A DNA stretch of 64,000 nt from Octopus bimaculoides (taxonomy: Eukaryota): assembly GCF_001194135.2 (NCBI RefSeq), contig NC_068987.1, forward strand, positions 24,047,567-24,111,566, given 5' to 3'. A program made the position numbers and the translations under genes. Within the stretch, counting starts at the first letter, position 1. Each line of letters opens with the position of its first letter. Of this stretch, positions 37,496 through 50,900 are shown piece by piece. The notes under the pieces are model-generated. The model ran no database searches. It was not told the DNA's origin and was given only the letters and a program-made list of their open reading frames with translations.

Positions 37496-38691
37496 TTTTT
37501 TAAAAATTATTTTCCACAATAATAATCAGTATATTGATGCAGGAAACACTGTACATAAAATTCCCTTTCTATATAATCTAAATATAAAGACTGTTACATT
37601 TCGATCAGTGATAACATTTAATTTACTAAGAATGATAAACAATATAGTTAAGTTGTGCATATTAACTTAGTTATCTTAAAAATTCTGCAGGGTGAAGAAA
37701 AATCGATATCAGTTAATGAGTTAAATTATTTTCGTTTTACATGTAAGCACACAGGAAACTGACGATACGAATGAAGTTGTATAAGAAACATCTAACATTA
37801 AAAACTCTTTATATACTTATTGCCAATTTTGGTTTTATTCTCAAGGAATTTGCTGTTGAAAATATCATTCATCTGTTCCACTGACTCACATTCCGACCCC
37901 ACATTTGATAAGTGACTTCTGTCTTCAACAGTTACAAAATGTCACTAAAGTTTTATTGTGAATTATAGAAAATTTGTTCAAATAGTTATTCTATTTTAAG
38001 CTAGAAGTGAACTAACAGAAGCTTACACAGTACACAGGTAGTGAGACATTTTAGGGAGCAGAGGAGATGGATATATGCTTATTAGAATAGAAGCTGATAT
38101 GCCTGCAACAGATGAACGCATTGAATTGTGCTTGTTTAAGAGTTCTCACCCTTCCTCATTTTGAGAGTAATTTTCATTAATGTTGATGACTTTCATTTTC
38201 ATTAGGATTTGTAGCGGCACAAGCAGTCAGCGCCATATTGGGTGAGATCTTGCGGCAGCCATTGCCATCTCCAAGACTGGAGCAAGACCTCACCTGCATC
38301 CATTTGCCATGGGCGAGCTCACAATGAGGCTCGCAATGGCAAACTATATAAAGGGAAGAAACCACGAGGTTCGATCTCTTTTCCCACTGCGGCCCGCTTG
38401 CAGAGCACACTTCACTGGCTGGGCCTCTAGGCTAATCTGCTTGTCGCATCTCCTGAGGCAATGGGCCCATGTAACGGAGAACGATGAATTCACACCGCAT
38501 AAGATGGCTGCAAAGAGTAACATACCACACCTTTGTATATATTGTAAATAAAACTAATGGAAAATCAAACCTCCTCATACTCTACTTTTTATTGTATTGT
38601 TTTATTTTACCCTCCTCCTTTACCTTCCTACTAATGGTGTTACCCTGTTATCTTACTCTATTCTAGCAATGTTACTTGAGATACACCGATG

Positions 38692-38965
38692 ATGTCAGTT
38701 GTCCATGCTGACATGGGTTGGACAGTTTGACCAGGACTGGTAAGTTGGAAGGCTAGACTCCAGTCTGATTTGGCATGGTTTTCTACGGCTGGATGCCCTC
38801 CTAACGCCAACCACTCCAAGAGTGTAATGGGTGCTTTTACATGCCACTGGCACGGGTGCCATTTGCATGACATTTGCGGTATCTGCCGCGACTGCAATTT
38901 GGTCGGCTTGATGGGTCTTCTTCTCAAGCACAACATAATGCCAAAGGTCTCAGTCATTGGCTCTG
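38692..38965 (-). mobile_element. RTE-tail SINE/LINE 3' end
   Basis: CATGGGTTGGACAGTTTGAC...GCTGGATGCCCTCCTAACGCCAACCAC, same family as 25108. Confidence 0.75.
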
Positions 38966-41489
38966 TAAGGCCCAAAATATCTATACATATTCATATATAT
39001 ATATATATGTTATATCATATATACATATATATCATATATATATTTGTACTTTCTTTTCCTACTGCCTCTTTTACCTTTCTGGCAGTTAATGATGACAATG
39101 ATGCAACCTCTGTCATTTTCGAAGATAACTTCAACAACCTCATAATCTATGAAGTACTTTCACATCAACCACAACTCATGGTCTGAACATTTCAGCATTC
39201 CTTGATGAAACTGTAAACCTTCTCTCTTTTTGTCACTTGTTTTACTAACCACCTCTACATCTGAACACACATGTGAATCCATTACAAATACATTTTTCCA
39301 GCCCATTTGCACAACAAAATTATCATAAATATGGCCATTACATTTTGGACACATCTGGCCCTCCGTGGTATTGTGGTTGACATAAGTATAGTTTTACAGT
39401 ATATCCTTTGTCATTCTCTACTTAAACAGTAATTACAAATTTCTTTCTATTGGCAAGGCATATTCCAATACACTTCATATCTACAATTTAACTTAGTTTC
39501 TTTGTATCATTCAGTGTTACCCACTTTTTCCATCACTGGTCACCCCTCTGACCTACCCATCTCTTCTCATCTTTACACTCTTACAGCTTCTACCCACTCA
39601 CAATTCATGGTCTCCTATGTCAATCCACTTCTGTTCACCTTGTATCTTGATGGTCAACTCTAACTTCATTTTATCTCTTTCCAGCTCTACTCTGGCCACT
39701 CCCATCCTCTCTTCTATAATGTGAGTAGCTGTGTAACTTTTCAACAGCAAGAAACCTGTTCTGTTCTGGTCCCTTCATCCTATAGCATGAAGCTGCCTCC
39801 CTCTCTACTGAAGTCCTGCCAGCTCAGCCAAAGGAATGGAGAATGCAGGGTAACCACACTAGTGCTAGTGCCATGAAAATAGTACTAAGTACATGCTGTA
39901 AGTGGTTGACATTAGGAAGGGAATCCAGCCATAGGAACCATACCAAAACATATACTGGAGCACGATGCAGCTTTTGGACCCATCAGATCCTGTCAAACTG
40001 TCCAATTTATACCAGCATAGAACACAGACTTTTAATTTTGATGATGATAATGATGTTGATTACCAAAACTGTCACCTCATCTACTTAGCTATTTCACCAT
40101 TGTCTATGCTTCGCTGGTGTGGGAATTTACCTTACATAACCTGCCAACCTACTGCACATATAAAAAAAGGTAATATATCTATACAGTTTGGTATGAACAG
40201 AAAAAAGAGGGAAGAATTCTATGTACATCTCTTTCTTGTTGGAATATTGATCAGTAACTGTGCACTCACTCTGTATTCAAACTGTTAAATATGCAAACTA
40301 ATTGAGCCTGTTTGCCTTTACCTCTAAAATTAATAGGCTTATAAGCAGTGTGTTTGAATTAGAGGGAGTGCTCAGTTGCTTACAAATGCAGTGTATAGAT
40401 ATATTGTTTGTATTCATCATAACACATAGTGATAGCTATTAAATCTATAGATATGTTCTATTGCACATAATAGCAAGATCTTCACTGTTTTTCTCCACTT
40501 GGTATAATCCGCCATTTTTGCTTTTGGCGCTCTCTTCTAGCAATGATATAAAATTTCAGCAGTGATCTGGGAACTATTTTAAATACATTGCCCTCTATAT
40601 TTTGTGCAATACTCCAAAATACATTTTATTGTTTGGTATTTTTTACTTGTTTCCGTCACAAGACTGAGGCTATGCTCAGACATACTCTTGAGGAATTTAC
40701 TCAATTAAATCAACCACAGTACATATTTTAAAGTCTCATACATATTCTATCAATCTCTTTTTGCCAAATTGGTACATTATAGGGGCATAAACAAAACAAC
40801 ACAGTTTGTTAAATAGCGAGAGACAAACACTACATGCACAAACCCACAACAGATTTTAGCAGCACAGTTTCTACCTACAAAATATACTTCGAATGCATTT
40901 AGTCAACCAGTGCTTTTTAATCACATAACCAAGTTAACAGAAAAATTTTATTTTACTTTACTTCCCATTTTGCATTGCAAATGCAGCCCATCCTCTGTGT
41001 GTGTGTGTGTGTGTGCATGCTTGCATTTATGTGTGTGCATGCTTGCATTTATGTGTGTGCATGCTTGCATTTATTTGTGTGCATGTATATGTGTATATAT
41101 AATGATGACAAATGTCTGTGTAACCAGAGTAGATAAAGTGAATCATTTAAAAATATAACTACCATATATTTTTAATCATTAATAATTGTATAGAAAGGTT
41201 TATACATATAAATAAAGTTTTATTCTAAAACATTCATTTTCTTCATATTTACAATAATTTTCAACCTGATAAATGGGTAAAATGATAAGTGTAAATTTAC
41301 ATTCAGTTCTATTACCATGTTTTAGAACATTCTGGAAAAAATCTTTTAAAAAAAATGTGTAGTTTATGTTAATGAAAATATCATTTTTGTCCATTTTCAT
41401 TGTATTATCTGTATCACAAAAATTCCCTTGTGACTTCATGACATAATAATTTGTGATAAGTCTGCAAAATAATTCTATTCTTTTATTGT

Positions 41490-42701
41490 TTATTGTCCAT
41501 GTGCCTTTCCTTTATGATGAGTCAAGCTCCTACTCTCAGAGTAAGTTTTACCACAAATATCACAATGATACGGTTTTACACCTGTGTGAACAGGTTTGTG
41601 ACGATTTAAATTCTGATTGTCAGCATATGATTTACCACAAATATCACAGCTGTATGGTCTTTCACCTGTGTGACCACGTACATGGAGTGTTAAATGACCT
41701 TTTTGAGAGAAGGATTTACCACAGATATCACAGTGAAATGGATTCTCACCAGTGTGAACACGCACATGTTGAATTAAATGACCGTGCTGAGAGAATGTTT
41801 TCCCACAGATATCACAGTGGTATGGTTTCTCACCAGTATGCATACGTATATGCTTAGTTAATCCACTGCTGGCAGAGAATGTTTTGCCACATATATCACA
41901 GGGGTATGGTTTCTCACCTGTGTGAATACGTACATGTTGAGTTAAATGACCATTCAGAGAGAATGTTTTGCCACAAATTTCACAATGATACGGGCTGTCA
42001 CCTGTGTGCACACGTACATGCCTAGTTAATGTACTATTGTTTGAGAATGTTTTTCCACAGATATCACAGCAGTATGGGTTGTCACCTGTGTGCAGGCGTA
42101 GGTGTCTAGATAATATACTATTGTTTGAGAATGTTTTTCCACAGATATCACAATAAAATGGTTTATCTCCTGTGTGAACTTGTTTGTGATTAGTTAACTT
42201 ATTACACACAGAGAAGGTTTCACCACAAATATCACAATGGTATGGTTTCTCACCAGTGTGTATACGTTTGTGAACAGTCAAATTACTTCTAACAGAGAAT
42301 GTTTTCCCACATTCATCACAATGAAAAGGATTCTCACCTGTGTGAATACGTATATGTTGAGTTAAATGACCGTTCTGAGAGAATGTTTTACCACAGGTGT
42401 CACAGTGATATGGTTTCTCACCTGTGTGCATGCGTATGTGTTTAGTTAATCCACTTTTATCAGTGAATCTTTTTCCACAAATATCACAGTGGTATGGTTT
42501 CTCACCAGTGTGCATACGTATGTGTGTGGTTAATCTACTACTTTCAGAGAATGTTTTACCACAGATATCACAGTGATATGGGTTGTCACCAGTGTGCACA
42601 CGTACATGTTTACTTAATGCGCTATTGCCAGAGAATGTTTTCCCACAGACATCACAGTGGAATGGTTTCTCACCCATATGAGTACCTTTGTAATTAGTCA
42701 T
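41490..42701 (-). CDS. ZF6: leaderless C2H2 zinc-finger protein, 14 fingers, 403 aa
   Basis: Intact ORF starting MTNYKGTH (half finger); terminal HxxxxH finger. Confidence 0.88.
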   Translation of the reverse strand: MTNYKGTHMGEKPFHCDVCGKTFSGNSALSKHVRVHTGDNPYHCDICGKTFSESSRLTTHIRMHTGEKPYHCDICGKRFTDKSGLTKHIRMHTGEKPYHCDTCGKTFSQNGHLTQHIRIHTGENPFHCDECGKTFSVRSNLTVHKRIHTGEKPYHCDICGETFSVCNKLTNHKQVHTGDKPFYCDICGKTFSNNSILSRHLRLHTGDNPYCCDICGKTFSNNSTLTRHVRVHTGDSPYHCEICGKTFSLNGHLTQHVRIHTGEKPYPCDICGKTFSASSGLTKHIRMHTGEKPYHCDICGKTFSQHGHLIQHVRVHTGENPFHCDICGKSFSQKGHLTLHVRGHTGERPYSCDICGKSYADNQNLNRHKPVHTGVKPYHCDICGKTYSESRSLTHHKGKAHGQ

Positions 42702-43469
42702 AGTATCTCTTTTGGGGAATGTTTTTCCACAGACATCACAGGAGTATAATCTATAATCTTTTTATAAACTTGGTTTCAATTTCACAGGAACTTAACCAAT
42801 GTTATAAAAACAGTTAATCAAATGATTAAAAAACAGTTCTTCTGCGTCTTCTGTCTTTAAAATCAGACAAATTTCTTGATATCTCTTGAATCAGCAATTC
42901 CCATCTCAATGTTAACACAGACTCTGAAGTAAAGAACAATGAAAAATAAAGAACAAGAAAATAATGTACAAAAAAAACAATGAAAAGTTAACGTAGAGGT
43001 TATTAAACTGAAGAGATTATCAAGAGAGGTTGATAGGCAGAATAATAAAAATAAGAAAATATCTACAGAGGGAAGATGCAGTACTCTAGCTTTGTAATGT
43101 AAATGGATGATATAATGTGTGGATGAAGACTTTAGAAACAAGATGGTAGGCTGATTGAACTAACAAATGGCAAAGGCATACATATATAAAGTAGTGGGTT
43201 GAAAAAGTTTGGTTAACCAATATTGTTCCTGAAGTTACACAAAATTCTCTCAAAAGGTTACTTAAAAGATCTAAAATCAGGCAAGAGAGATAATACCTAC
43301 AAGATCAGCAAATCAAAATTTTTAGGAAATACAATGCATTAAAAATGTGAGTGGAGTTGGTCTTTGAAACCAACTGGTGAAAGTAACAAATGTTTGTCTT
43401 ATTAATCCTCCTCAGTGAAGCATACTCAACTCAGCTGGCAACAAGACTTAGTGTGTGTGTGTGCATATA

Positions 43470-43780
43470 GCCATAGATATAACTGTGAGGTTAAGTTCAC
43501 TTCACAACCATGTAGTTTCAGGTTCAGTCCCACTATACTTAGTGCAAGCATCATCTATTATAGCCCTGGGCTGATCAAAGCCTTTTCAGTGAATTTGGTA
43601 GAGGGAAAAACTGAAAAAAAGTCAGCTTTATATTTGTGCATGCATGCCTCTGTGTACATGTGTGTGCATCTATATGCAAGTGGGTGAGCATGCATGTGTG
43701 TGTGTGTCTCCTTGACATTGCATGCTAATTGTAAACAAATGTCACAATCACACAAGCAGTTTTGTCTGTTTTCAATTTTC
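43470..43780 (+). mobile_element. Old tRNA-derived SINE
   Basis: CAACCATGTAGTTTCAGGTTCAGTCCCAC...CTATTATAGCCCTGGGCTGATCAAAGCC, as at 4965. Confidence 0.6.
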
Positions 43781-44879
43781 CTTGAAAACACGTCTGGACT
43801 TCTGTCACCTCTCTGCCATCTGAGTCATATTACCTCAAAAATTGGTACCCATCTCAGAATACTGTGTACTTTTATCACTCATCCCTCTCATCACTATTGT
43901 TCATACCTCTCACTTTGTAAAAAGGCAAATGAGCAAGCAGAGATGTGGAGCTGTGAGATCCCTCTAGTCATGAAAAAGCACCCAGAATACGCTGTGAAGT
44001 GGTTAACGTTAAGAAGGGTAAGAAGTGTAAAAACCATGGCAAAGCAGACATTGCAGCCTGATACAATCTTCAGACCTGTTGGATCCTATCAAATCGTCCA
44101 ACCTACGCCGGTGTGGAACGTGAACGTTAAATGATGATTATGTTGATGATGCATACATGGTCAGTGTGATGTGATATTTGATTTTCACCTTGAAATAACT
44201 TTATAAGGTTACTGAATAATACATATGTTGCAATACTTCATCGTTATCATTTTCACATTTTACTAGTAACAAGTTTGACAATGACTGAGGACGGCATTTC
44301 TAAACTGACTATCAGCGCCTGCTTCGATTTAGTTGGGAAAATACACTCAAAAAAACTAGGGAACCTCAAAAGTACAGTGCACCTCCATTAATTAAACTAG
44401 ATAAATTCAAGTTCTACCATAGAAAGTACTAAACAAGACAGTAATGCCTGAACATTGCGTTTTTGATTTAGTGGAGTGGTAGTTAATTAAAAATGTTGGA
44501 TAGAGAAAGTAAACGACAGCAAACACCATCATAATAGAGAGAGATGCCGGGAAAACGTATAATGTAAGTTCTGTTGTTTATGACAATAACAAAATATACT
44601 TAGTTAGGTGCTAAAAACAGATGAAGGAAACGTGGGTCAAGCGAGTCTTTTATTTACTATCTCATATTCGAGGAGTTTATGACAGAACCAGTTTAAAACA
44701 GGCATATTCAGTAATACACAAGAGGCGATTGCCAAAATGCACAAATTAAAAATACAATGACTTTTATGCAAAAAATAAAGGAGAGCAAATATGTTTTCAA
44801 TCACTTTTCACAGACATTTTTACTAATAAGGTTAATATTTTTGATGTATAAAACACTTCTGCGCTTCAAGGTAGGTTGT

Positions 44880-45432
44880 TGTTTCATTAAAATGAATAAA
44901 CACAAAATACAAGACAAACCTATATAATTATAAACAAACTGAATGTTCAAAATATATCGAGACTGACAGCGAGCTAATTCGATTGAAACGAAACTAAAAT
45001 CTAAGAGAGCAAAACAAAGAGAATTTGTTATTATTGCAACAATCTATCACAGATAGTTAACAAATACTGGAATGTCACCATGCATAATGTTAGCTAAATA
45101 GTTTCTAAAACTGAATATTGCTAATGTTTACATTTAAACAGATTAAACCTGAACGTAAATCGCATCACACGATCAAAACATCATATTGTGGATTGTTACA
45201 AGAGACGTTTTCATTAGAAATAATTAGCTACTGAAAACACACCAACTTACTGTTTTTTAATCTTTTTCTCATTATTTGGTGTTATAATATTGAGAGATAA
45301 TTTGATCTATGGATCTATAGACACAATATACTTACTATCTGTCCAATAAACCATCTTTACAGATTCACAGAACCCAAGTGATATACTTCCATGCAGACTT
45401 AATCAAATCTTCAGCCGTACTTTCGTAAAAAC
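44880..45432 (-). promoter_or_regulatory. Conserved promoter/first-exon block of ZF6
   Basis: TCAGCCGTACTTTCGTAAAA (core 45421-45430); donor-like GTAAGT at 45245-45250. Confidence 0.65.
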
Positions 45433-46029
45433 GGATCTCTCTCTCTTCTTCCTTTCTCTTAACCAGTACACCAATATTAAAATGTGTAGCTGAAATTTAT
45501 TTCTCCAAGTGTCTATTGTGGTGTATGCGTGCGAGTAAAAGTAATTGGCTTACCTCGTTTTCCTTCTTTTGCACGAGTCTGTTCTGCGGTATCCGATCCT
45601 CGCGACCCGAAGAACACTAGAAATAGCAGCTGCTTCTCCCAACACCTAGACGATCGCTTGGCACGTTCTCAATCATCAAACAGATAGAGTACTTATGCTG
45701 TAATTGGGTGATCCTACTTATATCGAAGTTTTGCCCTGTAATTGTATATTTCATGATTTCAGAGTTGCACTTTTCTTTCTATTTTAAGAGGGGTCAAAAT
45801 TTTCGTCACATTACTGCGACCTGTCACTCACAAAGTTCCACTGCAGATGTTTAAAAGCCCTTTTTTTCTCTCTCCCTTTCCCTTGTTATACTTACACAGA
45901 TATAAATCTGTTGTACAGATGTTTGATCTTTTGGAACTAGTCACTTCTGGGTTCTAGTCTATACTGGCTTATCTATTGCAAATATCAGTTATGCACTATG
46001 GTGAAAACGTTATTAATCAAGGAATAGAG

Positions 46030-46390
46030 GTGCAGGTGTGGCTGTGTAGTTGAAACTTTTCTTCTCAAATACATGGTTTTGAATTTATCCTCATTGCATC
46101 ACACTTTCGATAAGTGTCTTCTATTATAGCCCTGGGCCAACCAAAATTTTGTGAGTGAATTTAGTAGATGCAAACTGAAAGAAGCCAGATTATCTATCTA
46201 TCTATTTGTCTGTATTTTTTGTTGCTTTGTCTTGACATCACATGATAGTTGTAAATGAGTGTCACTGTTATACAAGTAGTGTCATTCATTTCCAACATTC
46301 TGTGAAAACATGTTTGGTCATGGGAAAATATTACTTTACTTGGAAACAGGTAAAGGTTGGTGAGAAGAAGGGCATCAGGCTATACAAAAG
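46030..46390 (+). mobile_element. Old tRNA-derived SINE
   Basis: GCAGGTGTGGCTGTGTAG head through the GGTTGGTGAGAAGAAGGGCATC tail. Confidence 0.65.
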
Positions 46391-46392
46391 CT

Positions 46393-46691
46393 GTCACACC
46401 CGCTGTACTCTCCTGATTTGGCACCAACGGATTTCCACCTCTTTCAAATGCTATGCGCGAAGTTTCGTTCAATACTGATGCAAAATTGAGAGCTTGGTTG
46501 GATCAATTTTTCGAGTTGACATCGGGTGATTTCTACCAACAAGGTATTGAAAATCTTGTTGAACGATGGGAAGAAGTTGTAAACAACAAGGGTGAATACA
46601 TTCTTGATTAATTAGTTGTTATTTTTTATTAAACCTTTTAAAAAATTTAGATTTAAAAAAAAATGGTGGGAACTTAGTTGCCAACCCAATA
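46393..46691 (+). mobile_element. mariner transposase C-terminal fragment with right TIR
   Basis: HPLYSPDLAPTDFHLF, then after a frameshift FNTDAKLRAWLDQFF..FYQQGIENLVERWEEVVNNKGEYILD*; TIR GGAACTTAGTTGCCAACCCAA followed by TA. Confidence 0.9.
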
Positions 46692-46924
46692 CAAAAACCA
46701 AACTATATCCTCTTTAACTACAGACTGTCTCTTGTACTAATTTACATGTAACTATCTATGATGTAATTACTTGACACTTGTATTTTCTTCTCCCAATCAC
46801 ATCTTTCTGGAAGTTAATGATGCTACATCAGTCCTGTACACCCTGATAAACTACATGATGGATAGTTTAACATCAACCCAACCTCATGGTTTGAATACTG
46901 TAACAATCGTCATGTTAATTGTTT

Positions 46925-47347
46925 ATTGTGTGGTTAAGACATCTGCATCCCAACCACATGGTTTCAGGTTCAGTCCAAGTGAGTGGCACCTTTGGCAATT
47001 GTCTTCTACTATAGCCCCAAGCTCACCAAAGCCTTGTATAAGTGGGTTTGGTAGAAAGAAACTGAAAAGAAACTTGTATGTATATATGTGAGTGTGTCTC
47101 CTAGCCTTGACATTGCATATTAATTGTAAATGACCATCACCATCATACAAGCAGTGTCCCTCACTTACAATCTTCCATGAAAATATGTCTGGTCAAAAGG
47201 AAATCTTATCTTACTTGGAAACCAGTGAGGACTAGCAACAGAAAGAACATCTAGCCATACAAAATCTGCCTTAACAAATTCCATCTGACTTATGCAGGCA
47301 TGGAAAAATGAATGTTAAAACAGTGATGATGATGATGATGATGATGA
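46925..47347 (+). mobile_element. Old tRNA-derived SINE ending in (GAT)n
   Basis: GTGTGGTTAAG...CCCAACCACATGGTTTCAGGTTCAGTCC...GGCACCTTTGGCAA; (GAT)n tail. Confidence 0.7.
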
Positions 47348-49561
47348 ATCCTGAAAATGATTCAGAAATCAGCATTTTGTTATCAATGAATCTGGTATTT
47401 GCCATTTATTCTAATGCCTCCATTTTTTAAGAGCTTTCACATCATTGTATCTTGTAAACATGCTGTAAATATCCGAAGTTAGACGTCACTGGCATTAACA
47501 GCCATATCCAGTGGAAGAATCTCACTTGTCCACATTCTTATGCTATGAACTGTTGTATTTTATGACTGATTGTAGTTTCCCAATTTTTGAATTGAGTTGC
47601 AAAAATCAAAATGACGATGCACATATTCATTCTTAATACACTCCAGTAGATTCTAACATGAACATACTAATTGCTATTGTATTTTGTCTACTGAGAACAA
47701 CTTCTTTCAGACAATGTGTGTTCACTAGTTATTTCATCGTTTCATTCCTCAATAATACTTTTGTGTATTTCGAAGAAGAAGGGTGATTTGTTGTAAACAG
47801 TTTACTTTATTTGAAACAAGATATTTTTCAGATTATTGCATTCAAAAACTATGAAAAGAGAAGCAGAGTTATGATTTGGAAAAAAAAGAGATGATAGATA
47901 TCTCTCAATCAATGGAAATAGAATTATCTATTTGGACCAGGGGTAATGTAGTCTAGGTTGCAATCCAAAGGATCAATAAACACCTGAAACGATTTTAAGC
48001 ATTAAAGGTGTTGAATTATGAGCAAATTGAATCTAGAAAAGCATGATAATTTAAGGTTAAAGCTCACTAATTTCCAGCCAAATATCAATACAATAACTAC
48101 TAGTATTCATCAAACATATTTCACAGTATACATCCCGTCTATGTCAATATAATATGACTGGATTTTTATTTTTCAATTTTGTTGAGTATTTTCATTAAAT
48201 ATTTATTAAAAATGGGTAATAGCACAAAAGGAAGGAAGGAATTATTGTTTTTAAATCAAATTTTTATTAATTATACTTACAAATTCACATGAAAGGAGTC
48301 AATAAGTTATCAACTATTCAATGGAGGGATCAATGAAATAAGTTTGCTGACCCCTAATTTAGATAGAGGATTATAACATAATAGAATACACGACAGTATT
48401 AAAATATAACATGCTACAATTCAGTGACTAGTTGTATAATGACAGTAGGTGTGATATCTACAAAGCAGGTCAACAGGTGACAGACTGGTGAACACAAATA
48501 TAAGCACTCCAGTGGTACACTGAAATTAATGGAGTAGGACAATTTTAAAAGGTAGCTATATGACCAAACTGGAGCCAAAAGGTCAAAGATAGACAATTAT
48601 GGGTTAGGGCTGAGAGGTGTTTGTTAAGTTAGATCAATAAGTACCTTAATAATGATCACACTGACATGCCATGTCGATTTGGACATACTTTTCTCCCCAA
48701 TGACAATGTAGTTCACATGGACATACCCTTTAACACTTATAACATTTAAACACTTCAACTTCATCAATCATATTCTGATAGCAACAGTAATGTAACATGC
48801 ATTCTTCTGTGTCACACTTTTACTTTCTATCCTTAAAAGGGTCACTTAGCTTTTCAAACTTCATCCTCCTATTCACCTATTGTATACTGCTTTGCTCCAA
48901 GTCCTGCTCTAACTGTACTATTAGTCACTTACTTCTAACATGTTACAATTTGACAATATCCAGTGCTCTGTGATGCTATAAGTCAAAATTGTATTTCTCA
49001 AATCCCATTGAGAGATATTTGTCAGCACGTTTAGATTTTCTTTCTCCATTTGTATCTCTTCTTTTTATATTATTTAACATTCTGCATGCAATAATCAGCA
49101 AGACAGAATGTTTCAATTAAAGTTAACAGTTTACAGCAAATCATCCTACTTCTAAATACACAAACTTATTCTTGCAGAAACAAATGATGAAATAGTTTTT
49201 GTAGATTATTAAAACTTTAATTAAAAGACAGAGAAATACATCAGTCACAAAATAGAACAATTCATAGCATTAAAATGATGACAAATGTCTGTGTAAGCAA
49301 ACTAGATACTAAAGTTAATCCAAAATGAATCATTGAAAAATGTAATAACCATGTAGTGGAGAGATTCTTTTATTATAACACTATGCACTGCTTCTTATTT
49401 ACAATTACCTTCCATGCTTCAGTTCTATCATCATGTAGAATGTGTGAGAAAAAAGAAAATCTCCAGTTTATATTTGTCCATTTTCCAAAAAATTCCTTTG
49501 TATTATCTGTCCCATAGAAATTCCCTTTTGTCTTCATGAGGTAACAGTTCATAAAACTTCT

Positions 49562-50290
49562 TCAGATTAATTCTTTTATTGCTTGCTGTCCATGTGCCTT
49601 TTTTTTATGATTAGTCAAACTCCTACTCTCAGAGTAAGTTTTACCACAAATATCACAATGATATGGTTTTACACCTGTGTGAACAGGTTTGTGACGATTT
49701 AAATTCTGATTGTCAGCATATGATTTACCACAAATATCACAAGTGTATGGTCTTTCACCTGTGTGACCACGTACATGGAGTGTTAAATGACCTTTCTGAG
49801 AGAAGGATTTACCACAGGTATCACAGTGAAATGGATTTTCACCTGTGTGAATACGTACATGTTGAATTAAATGACCATTCTGAGTGAATGTTTTATCACA
49901 TATATCACAGTGATATGGTTTCTCACCAGTGTGTATGCGTACATGTTGAGTTAGATGAGTATTCACCGAGAAGGTTTTACCACAGATTTCACAGTGGTAT
50001 GGATTGTCACCTGTGTGCATGCGTATGTGTCTAGATAAATTACTCTTGCCAGAGAATCTTTTTCCACAAATATCACAGTGGTATGGTTTCTCACCAGTGT
50101 GCATGCGGATGTGCTGAGTTAATCTATTACTGACACAGAATCTTTTACCACAGATATCACAGTGGTATGGGTTATCACCAGTGTGTATGCGTATGTGTCT
50201 AGTTAATGCACTACTGCCAGAGAATGTTTTCCCACAGATATCACAAGAGTATGGATTCTCACTACCCTGAGCACCTCTGTGATTAGTCAT
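49562..50290 (-). CDS. ZF7: leaderless C2H2 zinc-finger protein, 8 fingers, 242 aa
   Basis: Intact ORF starting MTNHRGAQ; C-terminal cassette nearly identical to ZF6 and ZF8. Confidence 0.87.
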   Translation of the reverse strand: MTNHRGAQGSENPYSCDICGKTFSGSSALTRHIRIHTGDNPYHCDICGKRFCVSNRLTQHIRMHTGEKPYHCDICGKRFSGKSNLSRHIRMHTGDNPYHCEICGKTFSVNTHLTQHVRIHTGEKPYHCDICDKTFTQNGHLIQHVRIHTGENPFHCDTCGKSFSQKGHLTLHVRGHTGERPYTCDICGKSYADNQNLNRHKPVHTGVKPYHCDICGKTYSESRSLTNHKKKAHGQQAIKELI

Positions 50291-50900
50291 GTTACCTCTT
50301 CAAAAGAATGTTTTCCTACAAGTATTAAAATAGCATGGCTTTTCACTTGTGTAAATAGGATTGTGTCTATTTAATGGATATTCTAAAATATGCTTACCAC
50401 AAATACCATTTTCATAGCCAAACATTAATTTATCAAATGCAGCAAATATTTTTCCACAGATATTGCATTGATATGGTTTCTCACATAAATGAATATATTT
50501 GTGTGTAGTCAAATGACTTTGCTGAGAGGACACTCTTCCACAAATATCAAAACAGTATAACTTTTCACCAGTATAGATACATTTATGCTTGGTCAAATTA
50601 CTGATGTAGGATAAAGTTTTACAAGAGATTATGCCCTGATAAAATTTCTTATCTTTCTGGACATCATTATGCAAGAACAAAATTTGTTTTTGATAATTAC
50701 TTAACTATTCATTTTAAAACATTTAAGCTTTTTAACTTGTATGAAAAACCAAAAAAACTTTCTTTAATAAAGGATTAAACTATATAAATGTTTTTTTACT
50801 GGTATACAAAAGACAAAATTTGTATCTGTGTAGCAACTAGATTCTGATTTAGCTCGATCATGTTACATATCTCTATCACAATGTGCTTATAATCTTAATT
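50291..50900 (-). pseudogene. Decayed leader and about 5 degenerate fingers upstream of ZF7
   Basis: QKDKKFYQGIISCK..HKCIYTGEKL.. aligns to ZF4/ZF5 fingers 1-5 with Cys/His losses; in-frame TGA at 50300-50302; leader ATG changed to ATA. Confidence 0.85.

Noticed and set aside
39190-39710. Possible gag/ORF1 zinc-knuckle (CPKCNGH) fragment
   Set aside because: Single short motif with no continuous homology that I can support
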